In this document: positions 28,595 through 36,987 of the stretch, piece by piece | Layout: each line of letters begins with the position of its first letter | Position numbering within the stretch: position 1 is the first letter of the stretch | Sequence record: OQ349392.1 | Strand: one strand, 5' to 3' | Source: Escherichia phage KIT06 | Length of the DNA: 64,000 bases | Notes under the pieces: model-generated | Databases searched by the model: none | Told to the model about the DNA's origin: nothing | What the model saw: only the letters and a program-made list of their open reading frames with translations | Translations under genes and position numbers: made by a program

Positions 28595-29024
28595 GTGGTT
28601 TAGAATTAATCGTGCTGATACAGGGCTGTGTAATTATTGGCCGGAACTTAGTGCAGGTACTGTCTTTAAAGTTCGTGAACTTACAAAAGAATGCGAAGAT
28701 GATATAGAACCTGATACTGGAATTATTGAAATTGAACTTTCTGATGGAAAGATTATTAACATCTACGATAAGCCAATTACGTATTGGTGCTTATGGAATA
28801 CTGAATCAGTAGAAAATGGCGAAATTGAAGAGGTCGTAGAACGAGTTGATCAAGCTATTCATAAACCTAAAGCCGCTTTTCAAGGTGAACGTATTTCATA
28901 TGCATTAGCTAAATTAGCTGCGCAAGAAAACAACGATGGCTATGAAGGAAATTTGATGCAAGCTGCGGCAGAATATATTGAATGGCTTGAAACTCAAATT
29001 TCTTTTTCTGACCGAGCATTTTAA
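28578..29024 (+). CDS. hypothetical protein
   Basis: ATG 28578 (MITVDKW...); alternative ATG 28560. Confidence 0.45.
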   Translation: MITVDKWFRINRADTGLCNYWPELSAGTVFKVRELTKECEDDIEPDTGIIEIELSDGKIINIYDKPITYWCLWNTESVENGEIEEVVERVDQAIHKPKAAFQGERISYALAKLAAQENNDGYEGNLMQAAAEYIEWLETQISFSDRAF

Positions 29025-29042
29025 TACTTGAAAATAATAAAT

Positions 29043-29067
29043 ACCCTTATCTATTCAAGGTAAGGGT
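29043..29067 (+). promoter_or_regulatory. hairpin sequestering the gene 49 ribosome-binding site
   Basis: ACCCTTA-11 nt loop-TAAGGGT then TTTTATT; the 3' stem contains AAGGG 8 nt before ATG 29074. Confidence 0.5.
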
Positions 29068-29073
29068 TTTATT

Positions 29074-29547
29074 ATGTTATTGACTGGCAAATTATACAAA
29101 GAAGAAAAACAAAAATTTTATGATGCACAAAACGGTAAATGCTTAATTTGCCAACGAGAACTAAATCCTGATGTTCAAGCTAATCACCTTGACCATGACC
29201 ATGAATTAAATGGACCAAAAGCAGGAAAGGTACGTGGGTTGCTATGTAATCTCTGTAATGCTGCAGAAGGTCAAATGAAGCATAAATTCAATCGTTCTGG
29301 CTTAAAGGGACAAGGTGTTGATTATCTTGAATGGCTAGAAAATTTACTTACTTATTTAAAATCCGATTACACCCAAAATAATATTCACCCTAACTTCGTT
29401 GGAGATAAATCAAAGGAATTTTCTCGTTTAGGAAAAGAGGAAATGATGGCTGAGATGCTTCAAAGAGGATTTGAATATAATGAATCTGACACTAAAACAC
29501 AATTAATAGCTTCATTTAAGAAGCAGCTTAGAAAGAGTTTAAAATGA
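29074..29547 (+). CDS. 49: endonuclease VII (Holliday-junction resolvase)
   Basis: 157 aa MLLTGKLYKEEKQKFYDAQNGKCLICQRELNPDVQANHLDHDHELNGPKAGKVRGLLCNLCN... as recalled for T4 gp49. Confidence 0.95.
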   Translation: MLLTGKLYKEEKQKFYDAQNGKCLICQRELNPDVQANHLDHDHELNGPKAGKVRGLLCNLCNAAEGQMKHKFNRSGLKGQGVDYLEWLENLLTYLKSDYTQNNIHPNFVGDKSKEFSRLGKEEMMAEMLQRGFEYNESDTKTQLIASFKKQLRKSLK

Positions 29548-31361
29548 CAATTGAAAAAGAAATTGAAGGATTGATTCATAAAACTAATAAAGACCTTTTA
29601 AACGAGAATGCTAATAAAGATTCTCGTGTTTTTCCAACTCAACGGGACCTTATGGCTGGTATTGTGTCTAAACACATTGCCAAAAATATGGTCCCGTCTT
29701 TTATTATGAAAGCGCATGAAAGCGGAATTATTCATTTCCATGATATTGATTATTCCCCTGCTCTTCCATTTACTAATTGCTGTTTAGTAGATTTAAAAGG
29801 AATGCTTGAGAACGGATTTAAGCTCGGTAATGCACAGATTGAAACTCCTAAATCAATCGGTGTTGCTACTGCAATTATGGCACAAATTACTGCACAGGTT
29901 GCTTCCCATCAATATGGTGGAACGACTTTTGCGAATGTAGATAAAGTACTTTCTCCTTATGTTAAACGCACCTATGCAAAACATATTGAGGACGCAGAAA
30001 AATGGCAAATCGCTGATGCGTTGAATTATGCCCAATCTAAAACAGAAAAAGATGTATACGATGCATTCCAAGCTTATGAATACGAAGTAAATACTCTCTT
30101 TAGTTCAAACGGACAAACGCCTTTTGTAACAATTACATTTGGTACGGGAACTGACTGGACTGAACGAATGATTCAGAAAGCAATTCTGAAAAATCGTATT
30201 AAAGGCCTTGGTCGCGACGGGATAACTCCTATTTTCCCTAAACTTGTTATGTTCGTTGAAGAAGGTGTTAATCTTTATAAAGACGATCCGAACTATGATA
30301 TTAAGCAGCTTGCTCTAGAATGTGCAAGTAAAAGAATGTATCCTGACATCATTTCGGCTAAGAACAATAAAGCTATCACCGGTTCATCTATTCCTGTTTC
30401 TCCAATGGGTTGTCGTAGTTTCTTGGGTGTATGGAAAGATTCGACTGGTAATGAAATTCTTGATGGACGTAATAATCTTGGTGTTGTAACACTGAATCTT
30501 CCTCGCATTGCACTAGATTCTTATATTGGAACACAGTTCAATGAACAGAAATTTGCCGAATTGTTCAATGAGAGAATGGATTTATGTTTTGAAGCATTGA
30601 TGTGTAGAATTAGTTCATTAAAAGGAGTTAAAGCTACTGTTGCTCCTATTCTTTACCAAGAAGGTGCATTCGGGGTTCGTCTTAAACCTGATGACGATAT
30701 AATTGAGTTATTTAAAAACGGTAGAAGTTCAGTGTCTTTGGGATACATTGGTATTCACGAATTGAATATTCTTGTCGGTCGTGATATTGGACAAGAAATT
30801 TTAACTAAAATGAATGCTCATCTTAAGCAGTGGACTGAAAGAACTGGTTTTGCTTTTAGTTTGTATTCGACACCTGCTGAAAACCTGTGCTATCGCTTCT
30901 GTAAACTTGATACCGAAAAATATGGAAGTGTAAAAGATGTTACCGATAAAGGCTGGTACACTAACAGTTTCCACGTTTCAGTAGAAGAAAATATCACTCC
31001 GTTTGAAAAGATTTCTCGTGAAGCACCATATCATTTCATTGCGACAGGTGGTCACATTTCTTATGTTGAACTTCCTGATATGAAAAATAACCTAAAAGGT
31101 CTTGAGGCTGTATGGGATTATGCTGCGCAACATTTAGATTATTTTGGCGTTAACATGCCAGTAGATAAATGTTTTACGTGTGGAAGTACCCATGAAATGA
31201 CTCCTACTGAAAACGGATTTGTTTGTTCTATTTGTGGAGAAACTGATCCTAAAAAGATGAACACAATAAGAAGAACATGCGGATATCTTGGAACTCCTAG
31301 CGTTGTTCCATGGAATTTAGGTAAAATGAAAGAAATGGTAAAACGAGTAAAACATGCATAG
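29544..31361 (+). CDS. nrdD: anaerobic ribonucleoside-triphosphate reductase NrdD
   Basis: 605-aa uninterrupted ORF with C-terminal glycyl-radical motif RRTCGYLG and Cys cluster. Confidence 0.97.
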   Translation: MTIEKEIEGLIHKTNKDLLNENANKDSRVFPTQRDLMAGIVSKHIAKNMVPSFIMKAHESGIIHFHDIDYSPALPFTNCCLVDLKGMLENGFKLGNAQIETPKSIGVATAIMAQITAQVASHQYGGTTFANVDKVLSPYVKRTYAKHIEDAEKWQIADALNYAQSKTEKDVYDAFQAYEYEVNTLFSSNGQTPFVTITFGTGTDWTERMIQKAILKNRIKGLGRDGITPIFPKLVMFVEEGVNLYKDDPNYDIKQLALECASKRMYPDIISAKNNKAITGSSIPVSPMGCRSFLGVWKDSTGNEILDGRNNLGVVTLNLPRIALDSYIGTQFNEQKFAELFNERMDLCFEALMCRISSLKGVKATVAPILYQEGAFGVRLKPDDDIIELFKNGRSSVSLGYIGIHELNILVGRDIGQEILTKMNAHLKQWTERTGFAFSLYSTPAENLCYRFCKLDTEKYGSVKDVTDKGWYTNSFHVSVEENITPFEKISREAPYHFIATGGHISYVELPDMKNNLKGLEAVWDYAAQHLDYFGVNMPVDKCFTCGSTHEMTPTENGFVCSICGETDPKKMNTIRRTCGYLGTPSVVPWNLGKMKEMVKRVKHA

Positions 31362-32184
31362 GTATTATATAATTTATAAAATAACAAATATAATTAATTC
31401 AAAGGAATATATCGGTGCGCATAGCACCGATAACATAAATGACGGTTATATGGGGTCAGGAACATTGATTCGTGCCGCTTTATTAAAATATGGTAGAAAA
31501 AATTTTAATAAAGAAATTTTACATGTTTTTGATAATGAAAAACAAATGTATGATAAAGAAGCTGAACTCGTAACCGAAGAGTATTGTCTAAAAGAAAATA
31601 CATATAATATTAAACCTGGTGGAAAAGGTGGAACTGCCTATGAACAGACACTTGAACATCGCCGCAAAAATAGTTTAGCAAATAAAGGTAAAAAGAGAAC
31701 AGAAGAAACTAAAATAGCTATTTCACGTGCTTTAAAGAAATATAAACGTACGCCAGAGCATCAAGCAAATTTAAATAAAGCCGTAAGCATAGCTATGAAG
31801 CGAAAAGATGTTAGAAGTAAATTAGCTGGAGAGCGGTCTGAGAAAGATAAATTATCTATATCAAACGGTGTTAAAAAATATTACAATTCTTTGAGTGAAG
31901 AAGAACGCGAACTTCATCGCAAGCGAATTATTGAAGGTAAAAAGAATTCTCCCATGTCATTGGAATCTAGACAAAAGCTTTCAAAAGCTTTAAAAGGACT
32001 TCAAGTTGGTTCAAAAAATCCAATGTATGGAAAAATTTCTCCAACTAGCAAAACCGTTTCAGTTGACGGTATTAAATATGATTCAATTAAAAAGTGCTCA
32101 AATGCCATAAAAGTTTCTAGACATCTTATACTAAAACGCTGTAATTCTACTGATGAAGCTTGGAAAAATTGGATATTATTATGA
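31354..32184 (+). CDS. free-standing GIY-YIG homing endonuclease (Seg-like)
   Basis: N-terminal YIIYKITN...EYIGAHS GIY-YIG module; basic C-terminal region with NUMOD3-like GSKNPMYGK; overlaps nrdD stop and nrdG start. Confidence 0.8.
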   Translation: MHRYYIIYKITNIINSKEYIGAHSTDNINDGYMGSGTLIRAALLKYGRKNFNKEILHVFDNEKQMYDKEAELVTEEYCLKENTYNIKPGGKGGTAYEQTLEHRRKNSLANKGKKRTEETKIAISRALKKYKRTPEHQANLNKAVSIAMKRKDVRSKLAGERSEKDKLSISNGVKKYYNSLSEEERELHRKRIIEGKKNSPMSLESRQKLSKALKGLQVGSKNPMYGKISPTSKTVSVDGIKYDSIKKCSNAIKVSRHLILKRCNSTDEAWKNWILL

Positions 32185-32651
32185 ATTATGACAGAATATA
32201 CCCGTGTTGCTTTGTTAACGGTCCTGGGTGCCGAACTGTTCTTTTCGTTACAGGTTGTTTGCATAAATGTGAAGGGTGTTATAATAAATCAACATGGAAT
32301 GCTAGAAATGGCGTTCCATTCACTGGTGAAACACTAGAACAATTAATTAAATGTTTGAATAATGATTATATAGAAGGATTAACTATAACTGGAGGAGACC
32401 CTCTCTATCCAGATAACCGAGATGTTGTTCATTGCATTGTTCAAACAGTAAAAAATCTTTATCCGAATAAAAGCATTTGGTTGTGGACAGGATATAAGTT
32501 TGAAGATATTAAACAACTAGAAATGCTTAAATATGTTGATGTTATTATTGATGGGAAGTATGAGAAAAATCTTCCGACCAAAAAGCTGTGGCGAGGTTCA
32601 GATAATCAGCGACTTTGGTCAAATACCGATGGGGTGTGGAAACATGATTAA
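32181..32651 (+). CDS. nrdG: anaerobic RNR activating enzyme NrdG (radical SAM)
   Basis: MNYDRIYPCCFVNGPGCRTVLFVTGCLHKCEGCYN...; ATG 32181 overlaps the endonuclease stop. Confidence 0.9.
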   Translation: MNYDRIYPCCFVNGPGCRTVLFVTGCLHKCEGCYNKSTWNARNGVPFTGETLEQLIKCLNNDYIEGLTITGGDPLYPDNRDVVHCIVQTVKNLYPNKSIWLWTGYKFEDIKQLEMLKYVDVIIDGKYEKNLPTKKLWRGSDNQRLWSNTDGVWKHD

Positions 32652-32765
32652 ACTGAATTATATTATTGATACTATAAATGATATGATTTTTCATTTTGGT
32701 CCAGAATTTTATTCGCAGTATAGTTTAGTACTTATCAATGCTTGGTTAATCAATTAAGGGTAAAT

Positions 32766-32981
32766 ATGTATAAATTTCGTAAAGGTTTAGCTGATTTTCT
32801 TACAACTGTAACATTCTTTTTGTTTATGGCAGTTGGTGCTATTTTTCTTATTCCTTTTATTGCTATATTTTTCGTGATTAGCTTAATTTCTCCAGAAAAA
32901 GGACTATCTTCTAGCGAGTTCAATGAGCGTCTGGATAAAATTACTAACAAACTGAATGCTGTTCTTGATAAAAAGGCTTAA
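32766..32981 (+). CDS. small membrane protein
   Basis: ATG 32766 after AAGGG; hydrophobic core. Confidence 0.45.
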   Translation: MYKFRKGLADFLTTVTFFLFMAVGAIFLIPFIAIFFVISLISPEKGLSSSEFNERLDKITNKLNAVLDKKA

Positions 32982-32983
32982 TT

Positions 32984-33295
32984 ATGATTAGTTTTGAGCG
33001 GTATGTGGTAGAGAGTTGGAAGGGTTTTGATATGTTCGGTAATGACTATTATTTCTATGAATGTAGTCTAAATCCTAGTTTTTGGGCTGGACGAGAACGA
33101 GAACTTGAAGAAATTAATAACCGCGCTGAATTGTTAGGTGAATTACCTACGGTTTATTTTACCTTTGATGCATCTGGATTTGTTATCCAGGTTTATTTTC
33201 CTGAAGAAAATTCTGGCGATGATTCTGTTAACCCGCCATACTGGGCTTATCAAGGAATTATTTCTCGTGGAACAAAACTCGAACTTAAAGAATAA
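32984..33295 (+). CDS. hypothetical protein
   Basis: 103-aa ORF. Confidence 0.5.
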   Translation: MISFERYVVESWKGFDMFGNDYYFYECSLNPSFWAGRERELEEINNRAELLGELPTVYFTFDASGFVIQVYFPEENSGDDSVNPPYWAYQGIISRGTKLELKE

Positions 33296-33296
33296 G

Positions 33297-33590
33297 ATTG
33301 AAGTCTATGGAATTCCAGATGAAGTAGGTCGTTGTCCTGGATGTCAATCAGTTACAAAACTTCTAAAGGAGCTCAATGCTCCTTTTACTTTCTATAAAGT
33401 TCTTACAAATAATGGTAAGATTGAGTATGATCGCCCACTGATTGTATCTCTTGCTAAACGTGCTGGATTCACATCTCTTAACATTCGTTATCCAGTCATT
33501 TTCATCAATGATTCTAGACAAAAGAACATTAAACACTTCAAAGAAACTCTCATTTCACTTGGATATGATAGAGATATCATAGAAGATTAA
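33297..33590 (+). CDS. nrdH: glutaredoxin-like protein (NrdH-like) without canonical start codon
   Basis: KIEVYGIPDEVGRCPGCQ... with CPGC redox motif; reading frame opens right after upstream TAA; first sense codon ATT, no in-frame ATG. Confidence 0.4.
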   Translation: MEVYGIPDEVGRCPGCQSVTKLLKELNAPFTFYKVLTNNGKIEYDRPLIVSLAKRAGFTSLNIRYPVIFINDSRQKNIKHFKETLISLGYDRDIIED

Positions 33591-33593
33591 GAC

Positions 33594-33613
33594 GGGCCCT
33601 CTGGGCCTTTCTT
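33594..33613 (+). terminator. hairpin plus T-rich tract (possible terminator)
   Basis: GGCCC-TCT-GGGCC followed by TTTCTTTCTC. Confidence 0.45.
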
Positions 33614-33689
33614 TCTCGCATTCTGTATATTACCATTCTAAGCTATCGTTCCCTTCTTATCATTCCCTAAAATAATTTTCACAAAGTTG

Positions 33690-33718
33690 TTTACAAGAAG
33701 TTCAAACTGTGGTATTAT
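33690..33718 (+). promoter_or_regulatory. T4-type early promoter
   Basis: TTTACA-N17-TATTAT. Confidence 0.65.
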
Positions 33719-33748
33719 TAACATATGAATTGCCTTTGAGGATTTGAT

Positions 33749-33925
33749 ATGGTTGATAAAGAGATTAAAAGGGATCAGTATTATCGTGTTAACGGACATA
33801 TTGTTATTGTTACAGCAGTAGATGATCTAGATGTTCATTATACTGTACTTAAATGGAACAAACACATGATTTGTGACCGTGCTGTATTTAGTTCAGTTGC
33901 TAAGGAAATTAAACTCCATGGGTAA
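33749..33925 (+). CDS. hypothetical small protein (58 aa)
   Basis: Not in the track; ATG 33749. Confidence 0.35.
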   Translation: MVDKEIKRDQYYRVNGHIVIVTAVDDLDVHYTVLKWNKHMICDRAVFSSVAKEIKLHG

Positions 33926-34211
33926 AACGTATCGTCGTAAAGATTTAAAAGTACGTGATTATGACTATTTCGGAAAGCGTAAAGCTCCTGATGGTGTAAG
34001 TCATAAAGATATGGTTGAAAACATTTTTCGCTCTGATAAATGGCGTAGAATGAAAGGCATTGATTCAGAAGTTAAAGATGAGCTAAATCGTCAATTACGT
34101 AGTGAAGTAAGAAAGTTGAAAAAATCAGTTTACATTGATGACGATTTTGATTATAATACTTCTCAACGAGTTGCTAAACGTAAATCAAACGAGTGCTATC
34201 GTTACAGCTGA
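33918..34211 (+). CDS. hypothetical basic protein
   Basis: ATG 33918 overlapping upstream stop; Lys/Arg-rich. Confidence 0.45.
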   Translation: MGKTYRRKDLKVRDYDYFGKRKAPDGVSHKDMVENIFRSDKWRRMKGIDSEVKDELNRQLRSEVRKLKKSVYIDDDFDYNTSQRVAKRKSNECYRYS

Positions 34212-34218
34212 GGAAAAT

Positions 34219-34350
34219 ATGAATATCAAACGTATGCTTTTTAAACAAGGATTATACACTTTAAATGTTGCTCCAAAAGGCGATACGACCAAGTGGTCAG
34301 TAAATGACTGGATTAAATTCATTGATGAAAATGGCAATTGGAAAATTTAA
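34219..34350 (+). CDS. hypothetical small protein (43 aa)
   Basis: ATG after GAGGAAAAT. Confidence 0.4.
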   Translation: MNIKRMLFKQGLYTLNVAPKGDTTKWSVNDWIKFIDENGNWKI

Positions 34351-34551
34351 ATGAATCCTGAATCTAAATTATCACAACGAATTGCCGAAGCTCGTCGTCA
34401 GTTCTTTGAAAATATGATAGCCCAAGGTATTGATGACGAAGTTTTTCTGAACTGGTTTTGGAATCACAAATATTCAAGTTGTTCAGGGGCAATATTAATA
34501 TCAGCCGCAATGATGTATGAAGGCTGGAAGGGTGCCAAACAGTTTAGCTAA
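34351..34551 (+). CDS. hypothetical small protein
   Basis: 66 aa, TAAATG junction. Confidence 0.45.
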   Translation: MNPESKLSQRIAEARRQFFENMIAQGIDDEVFLNWFWNHKYSSCSGAILISAAMMYEGWKGAKQFS

Positions 34552-34569
34552 GGGCTTCGGCCCTTTTTG
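34551..34569 (+). terminator. rho-independent terminator (UUCG tetraloop)
   Basis: AGGGC-TTCG-GCCCT followed by TTTTT. Confidence 0.8.
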
Positions 34570-34603
34570 GATAATAAAATTTTAACGCAATTGAGGATAA
34601 TGT

Positions 34604-34930
34604 ATGACTATTCAAATTAAAAACGCCATCAATTCTTATGCATATGATAAAGTAGTTTCTCTGCTAGAAAAAGGCGATATTGTAACTCCTCAAATTTTGG
34701 ATAAATGGGAAAAAGAGCTTCATCAGATGATGAAACAGAATGATCAGAAAATTGGACGAAATACTATTCGTGAATTGTTGGTTCAATATATCTTGTCAGA
34801 ATTTGATGTTAAAGCTTTTGGTGTAGAATCTAAAGCTTATCAAAAGCATGAAATTTCTGATAAAACTATTCGTCGTATGAAAAATCAACGCAAGAAAAAA
34901 TTTGCTGATCTGAAAATTACTAAGGTATAA
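34604..34930 (+). CDS. hypothetical protein
   Basis: 108 aa after GAGGATAATGTATG. Confidence 0.5.
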   Translation: MTIQIKNAINSYAYDKVVSLLEKGDIVTPQILDKWEKELHQMMKQNDQKIGRNTIRELLVQYILSEFDVKAFGVESKAYQKHEISDKTIRRMKNQRKKKFADLKITKV

Positions 34931-34932
34931 TT

Positions 34933-35148
34933 ATGAATGAATCTCTTATCAATGATTTGCGTCTTGCCGGATATGAAGTAAATACAAATGGCATTGGTTT
35001 AACTCAAATTGAAGGAAATGGATTTATCCTTGAGTATGAATTTAGCCAATGGTGGTTATATGCTAATTACGGCGAATTGATTGAATATGCCGATCAATTT
35101 GATTCACTAGATGCAGCTCTTGAAGCGGCTAAGTTGATGAATGCATGA
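34933..35148 (+). CDS. hypothetical small acidic protein
   Basis: 71-aa ORF. Confidence 0.45.
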   Translation: MNESLINDLRLAGYEVNTNGIGLTQIEGNGFILEYEFSQWWLYANYGELIEYADQFDSLDAALEAAKLMNA

Positions 35149-35414
35149 AATTTATTAATATTTCTATTACTATTGAAAATTATGGAATTTTCTATGTTGA
35201 CCAATATATGAAAATTTCATTTTTCCCAAATAAGACTGGTGTTGGATATTGGGAAAGCCATGTTTCTGAATTAAATGAAAGCGAATATGTTAGCACACAT
35301 GAAAAGTTTTTAGACTTTTTATATCATGCTGATTTAACTAGTCATTATATAGATATTCATGAATTTAAAAAGATGATGGAGAAAGTATTCCAAGCATACT
35401 GTTTACTTAGATAG
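35145..35414 (+). CDS. hypothetical protein
   Basis: 89 aa, ATGA overlap. Confidence 0.45.
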   Translation: MKFINISITIENYGIFYVDQYMKISFFPNKTGVGYWESHVSELNESEYVSTHEKFLDFLYHADLTSHYIDIHEFKKMMEKVFQAYCLLR

Positions 35415-35494
35415 CTGATTTATCCTCTATGCTTTAAGATAGATCTTCAAATATTATGATATAATAGATCTATGAATTGAGCTAAGAGGTGAAA

Positions 35495-36052
35495 ATGTCA
35501 GAAACTAAGCCTAAATATAATTACGTAAACAATAAAGAGCTTTTACAAGCTATTATTGATTGGAAAACAGAATTAGCAAATAATAAAGACCCAAATAAAG
35601 TAGTTCGTCAGAATGATACTATCGGATTAGCCATTATGCTTATTGCAGAAGGCTTATCTAAACGTTTCAACTTTTCAGGATACACCCAATCCTGGAAACA
35701 AGAAATGATTGCAGATGGTATAGAAGCTTCTATTAAGGGGCTTCATAATTTTGATGAAACGAAATATAAAAACCCACATGCATATATAACTCAAGCTTGT
35801 TTTAATGCATTCGTCCAACGTATTAAAAAAGAACGTAAGGAAGTTGCAAAGAAATATAGTTACTTCGTTCACAATGTCTATGACAGTCGTGACGACGATA
35901 TGGTTGCGTTAGTAGATGAAACTTTTATTCAAGACATCTACGATAAAATGACGCATTACGAAGAATCAACCTATAGAACACCGGGGGCTGAAAAGAAAAG
36001 TGTTGTAGACGATTCTCCTAGTTTGGATTTTTTATATGAGGCTAACGATTAA
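35495..36052 (+). CDS. 55: late-transcription sigma factor gp55
   Basis: 185 aa [20 protein letters not shown]... after AAGAGG. Confidence 0.92.
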
Positions 36053-36254
36053 CCTCTCCGGATTCTTGGAAGAAATACCTGAAGTTGAAGCTATTCCCTA
36101 TTTACTTAAAATGTATCTCAGGGAAGTTTTAGCTCTTGACATTGATATTGATCCAGAAAATCCGTATGATACCGCTTTTAAATCTAATGGTGTAGAATTA
36201 AACTATCGGTATCATTTAACAGATGATGATTTTTATTTTATATTAGAGAAATAA
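36036..36254 (+). CDS. hypothetical small protein
   Basis: 72-aa ORF overlapping the end of gene 55; start uncertain. Confidence 0.35.
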
Positions 36255-36255
36255 T

Positions 36256-36573
36256 ATGACTGATAAACCCGAAATTAATGATGAAGTGGAAAAGCTTATT
36301 TCTTCTATTGAAGAAAAGAACCGTCTTGAAGCAGAAAGAAAAGCAAATAAGTTATTGTCTAAAAACAAACGCGAACTGAACCGTCTTTATAAGCACGCTC
36401 AGATTGCAGCTGAAAACAATAATTTTGCTCAATACGAATATGCTATCAAGAAAAGTCGGGATATTCTAAAACAGCCATATAACGATGAACTTATTAGTAT
36501 TCTTTGGAAGACTACTAGATCGCAGATTGAGGATATGATTGATGCTTACACACGTAAAATTCAAGCGTCTTAA
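36256..36573 (+). CDS. hypothetical protein
   Basis: 105-aa ORF. Confidence 0.5.
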   Translation: MTDKPEINDEVEKLISSIEEKNRLEAERKANKLLSKNKRELNRLYKHAQIAAENNNFAQYEYAIKKSRDILKQPYNDELISILWKTTRSQIEDMIDAYTRKIQAS

Positions 36574-36745
36574 AATTAACGCAGGATTTACTGAATCTTT
36601 GAATGGTCATCTTTGTGTGAAAATTTCTGAAAAAGAATACCATGATAGTTCAATTAAAGAAGTTAATCCTCCTATTGTAAGAGCAGACCCTAATATGAAA
36701 GTGTGGGTTGATTCTTATCAAGTCAAAAAATGGTGGCAACTGTGA
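36542..36745 (+). CDS. hypothetical small protein
   Basis: ATG 36542 overlaps upstream gene by 32 nt; start uncertain. Confidence 0.3.
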   Translation: MLTHVKFKRLKINAGFTESLNGHLCVKISEKEYHDSSIKEVNPPIVRADPNMKVWVDSYQVKKWWQL

Positions 36746-36921
36746 AAGATGAACACCAGACTTCTGAAATAGATTATAATAAAATTCGTTCCTCTAAAGT
36801 AGAAATGATGAGACGCTTTAAAGAGGCTCATGATAAAGCTAAAGCAGAAGGAACTATAACGTATAAGCGTATTAAATTTAGAAGCTCTAATGAGCCTCTG
36901 TACGGTGTATTATGCGGATAG
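36730..36921 (+). CDS. hypothetical small protein
   Basis: 63-aa ORF. Confidence 0.4.
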   Translation: MVATVKDEHQTSEIDYNKIRSSKVEMMRRFKEAHDKAKAEGTITYKRIKFRSSNEPLYGVLCG

Positions 36922-36936
36922 GAGCTTCGGCTCCTA
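36919..36936 (+). terminator. UUCG-tetraloop hairpin (terminator or stabiliser)
   Basis: TAGGAGC-TTCG-GCTCCTA. Confidence 0.5.
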
Positions 36937-36939
36937 TAT

Positions 36940-36963
36940 TGCTTTATAAATTTTTGGTAAAAT
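36940..36963 (+). promoter_or_regulatory. MotA-dependent middle promoter
   Basis: MotA box TTGCTTTA, 11-bp spacer, -10 TAAAAT; 25 bp before the alpha-gt start. Confidence 0.5.
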
Positions 36964-36987
36964 AAACCAAAACAATGAGGATATTAA

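Noticed and set aside
29544-31361. Group I intron with embedded endonuclease inside nrdD
   Set aside because: nrdD reads as one uninterrupted 605-codon frame with an intact C-terminal glycyl-radical motif; the endonuclease gene is free-standing downstream.
32533-32757. 74-aa + strand ORF overlapping the nrdG 3' end
   Set aside because: Alternative frame inside nrdG, no ribosome-binding site, low-complexity translation; the adjacent 32766-32981 ORF is the better-supported gene.
36940-36950. TATAAAT upstream of alpha-gt as a late promoter
   Set aside because: The 8-mer is TATAAATT rather than TATAAATA and overlaps a good MotA box; alpha-gt is a pre-replicative gene, so a middle promoter fits better.
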